Shown: positions 40,470-47,256 of the stretch, one piece after another
Layout of the letters: each line of letters starts with the position of its first letter
Numbering within the stretch: position 1 is the stretch's first letter
Source of the DNA: an uncultured Solirubrobacterales bacterium
GTDB taxonomy: Bacteria; Actinomycetota; Thermoleophilia; Solirubrobacterales; Solirubrobacteraceae
Reading direction: 5' to 3'
Length of the DNA stretch: 64,000 nt
Assembly (NCBI GenBank): GCA_963830975.1
Contig: CAWHOI010000004.1
Coordinates: forward strand, 532,924 to 596,923
Notes under the pieces: model-generated
Told to the model about the DNA's origin: nothing
Seen by the model: only the letters and a program-made list of their open reading frames with translations
Databases searched by the model: none
Program-made: the position numbers and the translations under genes

Positions 40470-40679
40470 CTAGATGACCGGCTGGGGTCGGTCGGGATCG
40501 GCCTGCGGTTGCGGGTCGGGCTCCCGAAGCGGCTCCTCCGGGTCCGGACCCTGCCCCGGCAGATCGGGGTCGGGCGACCCCAGCGGATCGTCGCCGCGGT
40601 TCGGGCGGTCGGGCGCCGGCAGCGGGCTCTCGGCGCCCTGCGCCGCGTCAATGTTCTCGAGGACTGCGGTCAAGCTCAT
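40470..40679 (-). CDS. acidic proline-rich mini-protein (69 aa)
   Basis: An AGGAGGA SD lies 4 nt upstream of the ATG at 40679, directly after the MFS stop (40690). Sequence MSLTAVLENIDAAQGAESPLPAPDRP..DPDLPGQGPDPEEP.. Confidence 0.45.
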   Translation of the reverse strand: MSLTAVLENIDAAQGAESPLPAPDRPNRGDDPLGSPDPDLPGQGPDPEEPLREPDPQPQADPDRPQPVI

Positions 40680-40689
40680 CTCGTTCCTC

Positions 40690-42732
40690 CTAGGTTGTGG
40701 GTCTCTGCGACTGCTTGTGCGGGCCGACACGCCCGGCGGGGCGATCGAGGTCATCTCGCGCGTCCGCCGCGCGCTCCCGCGCGCCCCCCGCGCCGTTTCC
40801 TGCGCCCGCCGACCCGTCCCGCGTGCCATGTCCGCCGCCGTCGTGCGCGCCGCTCGCGCCGTTGCGGGTCGCGAGTCCGCCGCCGTCGCTGACGGCGCTG
40901 TGGTCCCGTGAGCTCGCGGGGACGGCCGGCTGCCTTGTGTCCGCCTGCGCTCTCGCGACCTCGTAACGCGCGCGTGCGATGCGCCTCGCCTGGCCCTGCT
41001 GCTGCGCGATCCGCAGCGACGCGCCGAAGCGGCCGGGGCCCCACCGCTGCGCACCGACCGCGCGGCCCAGCTCCGAGCGGCTGGTCGCCCCGCGCTCGCG
41101 AAGGGTGCGCACGATCGCGTCCACCTCGCGGTCGTGGGCGGGGCTCGGACGCTGGGCGGGGAGTGGCATTCCGGGCCAGCCGAGGTTGCGGCCCGGCCCC
41201 GGGCGCAGCTGCTCGCGCCGGCGCGGCCGTGGCCGCGGCGGGCCCGCTTCGGGCTCGCGCTCCTCGCCGCCGCCGGGGGCCTGCTCGGCGTCCTCGGCGG
41301 TCAGCGGCTCGGCGATCGACTCCAGCGGCTGCTGCTCGGCTCGAACGCCGAACAGCAGCTCCGCGAGGCCGCCGATCGCCATCACGACCGCACCGATGAA
41401 GAATCCGGTGGCGACGTCGCTGAGCCGCTTCGAGTTGATCAGGTTGCCGAACAGCAGCGGGCCGGTGATGCCGCCGATCGCCGTGCCGACGGCGTAGAAG
41501 AACGCGATCGCCAGCGCCCGCGTCTCCATCGGGAAGATCTCGCTGACCGTCAGGTAGGCGGCGCTGGCTCCCGCCGAAGCGAGGAAGAACGTCACGCCGA
41601 CGATCGCGATGAACGACCAGCGGTCGAGCGAGCCGCCGAGCAGCATGATGCCGAGCAGCACCGCGACGCCGGCCGACGCGAGGTAGGTGAACGTGATCAT
41701 CGGCCGCCGCCCGACCGTGTCGAACAGCCGCCCGAGCGTCAGCGGGCCGAGCAGGTTGCCGGCCGCGAACAGCAGCACGAAGTAGGGGACCGCGCTCGAG
41801 GCGACCTTGAAGAAGGTCGAGAGGATCGTGCCCAGGTCGAAGGTGATCGCGTTGTAGAGGAAGGCCTGCCCGATGAACAGGGCGAGTCCGAGCACCGCTC
41901 GCCGCGGGTACTTCGTGAACGCGACGCGCGCGATCTCGCGAAACGGGATCACCTCGCGCTGGCGGACCTTGATGCTCTCTCCCGGCTCGTCGAGCTCGGC
42001 CGAGGTCTGCTCGCGGATCGAGCTCTCGATCTCGTCGACGATCTGCTCGGCCTCGTCCTGGCGCCCGTGGATGAACAGCCAGCGCGGGCTCTCCGGAAGG
42101 TTCCGCCGCACGAGCAGCATCGCCAGACCGAGGACCGCCCCCATGCCGAACGCGAGGCGCCAGCCGAGGTCGACGGGGAAGATCGAGGTGTCGAGCAGCA
42201 CGAGCGAGCCGACTCCGCCGAGCGCGGCACCGAACCAGTAGCTGCCGTTGATCATCAGATCGACGCGGCCGCGCACGCGCGCCGGGATCAGCTCGTCGAT
42301 CGCCGAGTTGATCGCCGCGTACTCGCCGCCGATCCCCATGCCGGTGATGAAGCGGAGCAGGAAGAAGTACCAGGGGGCGAAGGAGAAGCCGGTGGCGACG
42401 GTTGCGACGATGTAGAGCCCCAGCGTGAGCGTGAACAGCCGTTTGCGGCCGAAGCGGTCGGTCAGCTGGCCGAACAGCAGCGCGCCGAGGCACGCGCCGG
42501 CGACGTAGACGGCGGCCGCGGTGCCGATCGAGCTCGCGGTCAGGCCGAGGCCCGCGTTCGACTGGGTGAGCCGCGCTCCGATCGAGCCGACGATCGTCAC
42601 CTCGAGCCCGTCCAGGATCCAGACGGTGCCGAGGCCGATCACGACGAGCCAATGGAAGCGCGACCAGGGAAGGCGATCCAGGCGGGCGGGGATCCTGGTT
42701 TCGATGACTGCGCCCTGCGACGATTCGGACAT
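40690..42732 (-). CDS. MFS transporter with a ~230-aa cytoplasmic C-terminal extension
   Basis: LDRLPWSRFHW..LTDRFGRKRLF..GMGIGGEYAA (sugar-porter-like MFS motifs) and 12 TM helices, followed by a low-complexity Arg/Gly/Ala tail. Start is the ATG at 42732 or 42777. Confidence 0.82.
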   Translation of the reverse strand: MSESSQGAVIETRIPARLDRLPWSRFHWLVVIGLGTVWILDGLEVTIVGSIGARLTQSNAGLGLTASSIGTAAAVYVAGACLGALLFGQLTDRFGRKRLFTLTLGLYIVATVATGFSFAPWYFFLLRFITGMGIGGEYAAINSAIDELIPARVRGRVDLMINGSYWFGAALGGVGSLVLLDTSIFPVDLGWRLAFGMGAVLGLAMLLVRRNLPESPRWLFIHGRQDEAEQIVDEIESSIREQTSAELDEPGESIKVRQREVIPFREIARVAFTKYPRRAVLGLALFIGQAFLYNAITFDLGTILSTFFKVASSAVPYFVLLFAAGNLLGPLTLGRLFDTVGRRPMITFTYLASAGVAVLLGIMLLGGSLDRWSFIAIVGVTFFLASAGASAAYLTVSEIFPMETRALAIAFFYAVGTAIGGITGPLLFGNLINSKRLSDVATGFFIGAVVMAIGGLAELLFGVRAEQQPLESIAEPLTAEDAEQAPGGGEEREPEAGPPRPRPRRREQLRPGPGRNLGWPGMPLPAQRPSPAHDREVDAIVRTLRERGATSRSELGRAVGAQRWGPGRFGASLRIAQQQGQARRIARARYEVARAQADTRQPAVPASSRDHSAVSDGGGLATRNGASGAHDGGGHGTRDGSAGAGNGAGGARERAADARDDLDRPAGRVGPHKQSQRPTT

Positions 42733-42761
42733 GGCGACGATGCTTCCCGCCAGCCGGGCGT

Positions 42762-43031
42762 GTGAAACACCCCGCATCCGGGCATACCTGGCTCGTGCTC
42801 CTGTGCGGACTGACCGGACACCGACTGCGCTTCGGCGCTGACGGCGCGACCGTGCGCTGGGAATGCGAGCGCGGCTGCGGGGTCGCGGGGCACAAGCGCT
42901 ACGCGAGCGCCGAGCTGGCGGAGCGCTACGCCCGGGCCTTCAACCGCGTCGATCTCGACGACCTCGGGCGGCGGCCGATGCTCAGCCTGCTGCCCCTGAT
43001 GCTGATCGGACGTGCTCGCCGCCGCGCGTGA
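42762..43031 (+). CDS. hypothetical Cys/His-containing small protein with a C-terminal hydrophobic segment
   Basis: 89 aa with good GC3 bias. GHTWLVLLCGLTGH..WECERGCGVAGH..MLSLLPLMLIG. Confidence 0.45.
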   Translation: MKHPASGHTWLVLLCGLTGHRLRFGADGATVRWECERGCGVAGHKRYASAELAERYARAFNRVDLDDLGRRPMLSLLPLMLIGRARRRA

Positions 43032-43159
43032 GCGCCGCACCAAGCCGCCACGGTCGATCAGGCACGGTGCATACGATTGTCACGCCGATGACGCGCCCCG
43101 ACCAACAGCGCGTACCGGGCGGCGCCGCCGGCGACCGCCGCAAGGTCACACGGGCCGGC

Positions 43160-43582
43160 ATGCCGGCGTCGGCACCCGGCGCAGCCGGCGGCGGCGGCCT
43201 AGTAGAGAGCTACCCCGCGCGACCCGAGTCCGTCGCTGCGCTGCGCGCGCTGCTGGCGGACTTCGCGCGACGCAGCGGGGCCTCACCGGACACCGTCGCC
43301 TCCGTCGAGCTGGCGGTCTCGGAGGCGGCGACGAACGTCGTCCTGCACGCCTACCGCGACAGCCGCGACCCCGGCCTGATCGAGGTCGCCGCGGCGCTTG
43401 CGGCGGGCGAGCTGTGGGTGATCGTGGCGGACGTCGGCACCGGCCTGCGGCCGCGCCGCGACAGCCCCGGACTCGGACTCGGTCTGGGCCTCATCGCCCA
43501 GGTCTCCGACGGCGTCGACCTGATGCATCGCGCCGGCGGCGGACTCGAGCTGCGCATGCGCTTCCCGATCGACGCGCCCTGA
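43160..43582 (+). CDS. RsbW/SpoIIAB-like anti-sigma factor serine kinase (HATPase_c_2)
   Basis: VELAVSEAATNVVLHAY (N-box) ..ADVGTGL..SPGLGLGLGLI (G-box). The ATG at 43088 is an alternative start. Confidence 0.8.
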   Translation: MPASAPGAAGGGGLVESYPARPESVAALRALLADFARRSGASPDTVASVELAVSEAATNVVLHAYRDSRDPGLIEVAAALAAGELWVIVADVGTGLRPRRDSPGLGLGLGLIAQVSDGVDLMHRAGGGLELRMRFPIDAP

Positions 43583-43629
43583 GGGCAAGCCCGCGCGCTG
43601 ACCAACGGCGCCGCGCGCGCCCGCCGCCG

Positions 43630-43956
43630 TCAATCCGTGCGCGGGTCCGCCTGCTCGGCGGCCTCGCCGGCCTCGCCGAGCTTCTCGACGACGACGTAGC
43701 GCTCGTGGCGCTCGACCACGGTCTCGACGTCCGGCAGCTCATGGCCCGCGGCGAGCAGGAAGTGGCGGGCGTTCGCGCGGACCCGCTCGTACTCGGCGAC
43801 CTTCAGCTCGACGAGCACGTTGCAGCCGAGGCTCGCGCACTCGCAGCGAAAGGCGATCGTCTCGGCGTCCTGTCCAGGCCAGTGCCCCAGCTCGATCCGC
43901 TCGTTCAACTCGCGGAACACCGACTCGTTGTGGGCGATGCGGTCCTTGACGTCCAT
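43630..43956 (-). CDS. hypothetical protein (108 aa, CxC-x4-C motif)
   Basis: MDVKDRIAHNESVFRELNERIE..IAFRCECASLGCNVLVEL. It lies downstream of the STAS gene on the same strand. Confidence 0.5.
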   Translation of the reverse strand: MDVKDRIAHNESVFRELNERIELGHWPGQDAETIAFRCECASLGCNVLVELKVAEYERVRANARHFLLAAGHELPDVETVVERHERYVVVEKLGEAGEAAEQADPRTD

Positions 43957-43991
43957 GCCGCGTCGTCGTCGCTCCCCGGCGGCCGCTCGCG

Positions 43992-44315
43992 TCAGGGGGC
44001 GATCAGGGGCAGGCGCTCGCGCAGCCCGACGATGTCCAGCAGGCGCTCCACGGCGGGCGAGCCGGCGATCAGGCGCAGCCGCCCTCCACGGCCGCCGCAG
44101 CGCTCGTTGGCGTCGAGCACGATCCGCAGCCCGGTCGAGTCGATGAACTCCAGTCCGCTGAGGTCGAGCACGATCGTGTCGGCGTCGGTTCGCTCGGCCG
44201 CCAGCAGCTCCTGCTCGAGCAGCTCGACGGTCGCGATGTCGAGCTCGCCGGAGGCGGCGACGTGTTGACTGTCCCCACGACGCTCGCGCTGGACGGAGAG
44301 CGGCTCCACGGCCAT
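43992..44315 (-). CDS. STAS-domain anti-sigma-factor antagonist (RsbV/SpoIIAA-like)
   Basis: ASGELDIATV..IVLDLSGLEFIDSTGLRIVL, including the phosphorylatable Ser context DSTGL. Confidence 0.88.
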   Translation of the reverse strand: MAVEPLSVQRERRGDSQHVAASGELDIATVELLEQELLAAERTDADTIVLDLSGLEFIDSTGLRIVLDANERCGGRGGRLRLIAGSPAVERLLDIVGLRERLPLIAP

Positions 44316-44321
44316 GCGCCG

Positions 44322-44349
44322 ATTCTAGACAACCGCGCAACCACCGCAA
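44322..44349 (-). promoter_or_regulatory. sigma-70-type promoter giving a leaderless STAS mRNA
   Basis: On the minus strand: TTGCGG (44349-44344), 16 nt, TAGAAT (44327-44322), then 6 nt to the ATG at 44315. There is no SD. Confidence 0.45.
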
Positions 44350-44503
44350 GGGGCACCGCCGCGTCCATCCTGGCCCCGCTTCGGAAACTCTTACGCATGG
44401 CGGCGAGTGGCCTGGGTACGTCCCATCACAGGAGCCTCGACGCCGCGGCGCGGGCCCGAAGGCTGCCGATCGAATCCGTCAAACGGCGACCCCAGGAGGC
44501 GTG

Positions 44504-45298
44504 ATGAGCATCGCAACAGCAACTCCCGCGCAGGCGCGGCACGAGGGCGAGCAGCTCGCCGCGCTGTGGCGTGATCGCTCCCAGCCGGCGGCGCGCGCCG
44601 CCCTGGTCGAGCGCTTCATGCCGCTCGCGCGCAGCCTCGCGCGCCGCTACGAGCGCTCGTCGGAGCCGCTCGGAGACCTCGTGCAGGTTGCCTCGCTCGG
44701 CCTGCTCAAGGCGATCGACCGCTTCGACCCGGAGCGCGGCAACGCCTTCGTCTCCTTCGCCGTGCCGACGATCCTCGGCGAGCTGCGCCGTTACTTCCGC
44801 GACTGCTGCTGGGACGTCCACGTCCCGCGCGGCGCGCAGGAGCGCACGCTGAAGCTGGAGGAGGCCGAGCGGCGACTGACGAGCGACCTTGGCCGGCCGC
44901 CGTCGGTCGCCCAGCTCGCCCAGTACCTCGAACTCGACGGCGAGCAGGTGCTCGACGCGATGGCCGCCGGGCACGCCTACGACGCGCTGTCGCTCGACGC
45001 GCCGCGCACCTCCCCGAGCGGCGAGAAGGCGACAACCTACGGCGAGCAGCTGGGGGCGCTCGACGAGCGCTACGAGCTGATCGACGAGGCGGTCACGATC
45101 GCCGGCGCGCTGGAGCACGTGACCCCGCGCGAGCGGCTCGTGCTGCAGCTGCGCTTCGCCGAGGATCTCACCCAGTCGGAGATCGCCGAGCGGATCGGCG
45201 TCTCGCAGATGCAGGTCTCGCGACTGCTGCGCCGGGCGCTCGAGCGTCTGCGCATCCTCGCCCGGGCCGCCGAGGACGACGAGGGCGCGGCGGGGTGA
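44504..45298 (+). CDS. SigB/SigF/SigG-family RNA polymerase sigma factor (copy 1)
   Basis: LVQVASLGLLKAIDRFDPERGNAFVSFAVPTILGELRRYFRD (region 2) and LTQSEIAERIGVSQMQVSRLL (region 4). AGGAGG at 44494-44499. The GTG at 44501 is also possible. Confidence 0.92.
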   Translation: MSIATATPAQARHEGEQLAALWRDRSQPAARAALVERFMPLARSLARRYERSSEPLGDLVQVASLGLLKAIDRFDPERGNAFVSFAVPTILGELRRYFRDCCWDVHVPRGAQERTLKLEEAERRLTSDLGRPPSVAQLAQYLELDGEQVLDAMAAGHAYDALSLDAPRTSPSGEKATTYGEQLGALDERYELIDEAVTIAGALEHVTPRERLVLQLRFAEDLTQSEIAERIGVSQMQVSRLLRRALERLRILARAAEDDEGAAG

Positions 45299-45419
45299 TG
45301 CGCGCGCCGATCTGCGCGAGCTCCGCGTCCCCTCCGCCGTCATTCTGAACCGCTACGGTGCTCGGTGCAGATCGGTCGGCGACCTTGGACGACGCGAGCA
45401 CTACAACCAGACGATTCGG

Positions 45420-46271
45420 GTGGCCATGACCGCCGCCGCGCCCACTCCGCCCAACGTCGCCCTGGAGCTCGCGAGCCGCGCTGAGGACGTGACGCTCGTG
45501 CGCGAGGTGCTCGCCGGCCTCGCCGACGCGGTCGACTTCGGTGACGCGCTCGACGACATCAAGGCCGCCGTCAGCGAGGCGGCCAACAACGTCGTCGTCC
45601 ACGCCTACGGGGGCGCCGAGGGGCCACTCGAGGTCGAGCTGCGAGTGCGGCCGTTCGAGCTCGAGGCGCTGGTACGCGACCGCGGCGTCGGGGGCGCCGC
45701 GCCCATGCCGGCGCCCATCGACGACGAGACCTTCACCGGCGGGGGCATCGGGTTGAAGGTGATCGAGGCGCTGAGCACGCGCAGCGAGTTGCGCGCGCAC
45801 GACGACGGCACCGAGGTCGCGATGTGGTTCGCGATCCCCGACCCGGCGGACTCGCTCGAGATCCACGACCGCGACCAGGTCCGCATCGACGGCGACGTGC
45901 GGATCGCGATCGCGCCGGCGCGGCTGAGCGCCGGCATCCTCGGCCGCCTCGTGGGGGCGCTGGGGGCGCGGGCGGGCTTCTCGATCGACCGCCTCTCCGA
46001 CGCCCAGCTCGTCACCGACGCCCTCGCGGCCCGCCTCGGTCCGGCGCTCGACGGCACCTACCTGAGCGTCGCGCTCGCGCTGCTCGAGGGCCGCACGCTC
46101 GCGCTGCGCGTCGGCGAGCTCGCGACGGGCGCGGCGGCCGGCGTCCTGGCGGCCTCCGCGGTCGGCGATATCGGGCCGCTGATCGAGCGCCTCAGCGACG
46201 AGGTCGACGTCAGCGCCGGTGAGCGCGGCGAGGTGATGTGCCTGCTCCTGCGCGACGCGGCGGGCTCCTGA
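45420..46271 (+). CDS. RsbW-like anti-sigma kinase fused to an uncharacterised ~145-aa C-terminal domain
   Basis: The N-terminal ~135 aa carry AVSEAANNVVVHAY..RDRGVG..GGGIGLKVI. Residues ~140-283 (RIAIAPARLSAGILGRLVGALG..) match nothing I recognise but keep a coding GC3 bias. Confidence 0.72.
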   Translation: MAMTAAAPTPPNVALELASRAEDVTLVREVLAGLADAVDFGDALDDIKAAVSEAANNVVVHAYGGAEGPLEVELRVRPFELEALVRDRGVGGAAPMPAPIDDETFTGGGIGLKVIEALSTRSELRAHDDGTEVAMWFAIPDPADSLEIHDRDQVRIDGDVRIAIAPARLSAGILGRLVGALGARAGFSIDRLSDAQLVTDALAARLGPALDGTYLSVALALLEGRTLALRVGELATGAAAGVLAASAVGDIGPLIERLSDEVDVSAGERGEVMCLLLRDAAGS

Positions 46272-46285
46272 CCTCAGTCGCTGTG

Positions 46286-46358
46286 CGGCTGGGTGCATGC
46301 ACCCAGCCGTCGGGACGGTGCATGCACCGTCCCGCGGGTCGGCGCATGCGCCGACCCG
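46286..46358. repeat. array of three tandem perfect 24-bp palindromes centred on GCATGC
   Basis: CGGCTGGGTGCATGCACCCAGCCG (46286-46309), CGGGACGGTGCATGCACCGTCCCG (46311-46334) and CGGGTCGGCGCATGCGCCGACCCG (46335-46358). The shared frame is CGG-NNN-GG-Y-GCATGC-R-CC-NNN-CCG, and every arm difference is compensated in the other arm. Confidence 0.9.
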
Positions 46359-46387
46359 AAAGACTCACTGGCCGAAAAACTCACTGG
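46358..46387. repeat. two copies of a 14-nt direct repeat (16-nt period)
   Basis: GAAAGACTCACTGG (46358-46371), CC, then GAAAAACTCACTGG (46374-46387), with one mismatch. The second copy covers the stop codon of the sigma gene on the minus strand. Confidence 0.8.
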
Positions 46388-47163
46388 ATCTCCTTGCGCA
46401 GCCGCTCGAGCGTCGAGCGCAGCAGCCGCGAGACATACATCTGCGAGAGGCCGACGCGCGCGGCGATCTCGGTCTGCGTGAGGCCCTCGACGAAGCGCAG
46501 CCGCAGGATCGTGCGCTCGCGCGGGTGCAGCCCGTCGAGCGCGCCTGACAGGGCCAGGCGCTCGGCGACCGCCTCGGGGAAGTCGCCGGTGGTCGCGAGC
46601 GCGCGCTCCGCGGCCGGCGCCGGCTCGCCCGGGGCGGGCTCGGCCGGCTCGAGCGGGACGGCGTCGTGGGCGAACCGCGCGTTCAGCGCCTCGAGCACCT
46701 GCTCGACGCTCACGCCGGCCTCCGCCGCGAGCTGCGCCGCCGTCGGCGCACCGCCGATCCGCGCCGCGAGCCTGCGCTCGGCCGCCTCGATCGCCAGGAC
46801 TCGCTCCTTCAGCGCGCGGGGGACGTGGACGTCCCAGGTCGCGTCGCGCATGTGCCGCTTCAGCTCGCCCAGGATCGTCGGCACGGCGAAGGCCGGGAAC
46901 GGCGTACCGCGGCGCGGGTCGAACGCGTCGACCGCCTTGATCAGCGCCAGGCTCGCGACCTGCTCGAGGTCCTCACGCGGCTGCGGCGAGTGGCGGTAGC
47001 GCGCGGCCAGGCGGCGCGCCAGCTCCAGATGGCGCTCGATCAGCGCCGCGCGCGCCTGCGTGCTGCCGCTTTCGCGCAGCTGCCTGAAGAGCGCATCGAC
47101 GCCGGCGTCGTCCGCTGTGGGCTGTGCCGCCGCTTGGCGGCTTCGTCGTCGCTGAGGACTCAC
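46381..47163 (-). CDS. SigB/SigF/SigG-family RNA polymerase sigma factor (copy 2)
   Basis: LEQVASLALIKAVDAFDPRRGTPFPAFAVPTILGELKRHMRD and LTQTEIAARVGLSQMYVSRLL. The GTG at 47163 is my best guess for the start. The rest of track ORF 46381..48861 is noise. Confidence 0.88.
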   Translation of the reverse strand: MSPQRRRSRQAAAQPTADDAGVDALFRQLRESGSTQARAALIERHLELARRLAARYRHSPQPREDLEQVASLALIKAVDAFDPRRGTPFPAFAVPTILGELKRHMRDATWDVHVPRALKERVLAIEAAERRLAARIGGAPTAAQLAAEAGVSVEQVLEALNARFAHDAVPLEPAEPAPGEPAPAAERALATTGDFPEAVAERLALSGALDGLHPRERTILRLRFVEGLTQTEIAARVGLSQMYVSRLLRSTLERLRKEIQ

Positions 47164-47256
47164 GCAGGCGCTGATGATGGCATTCGTGGCATGGGGTTCC
47201 CCGGCCGCGGGTAGCACCAATCCATCGATTCGTCCCCTGGAACGGAGGTGACCGCG

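Noticed and set aside
42759-42771. GTGTGAAACAC (and GGTTTCACGG at ~2204-2213), considered as parS sites for the ParA-like ATPase
   Set aside because: These are only half-sites of the TGTTTCACGTGAAACA palindrome and are far from the parA-like gene. There is no full parS in the window.
40751-42895. 714-aa minus-strand ORF
   Set aside because: It is an alternative frame of the MFS transporter gene. It is Arg/Pro/Gly-rich, whereas the 40690..42777 frame gives clean TM helices and MFS motifs.
44380-44420. GGGTAC hexamer upstream of sigma copy 1, considered as an autoregulatory SigB-type promoter
   Set aside because: There is no GTTT-like -35 at 14-17 nt; the nearest candidate is ~20 nt away and reads CTTAC. 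The evidence is too weak to call.
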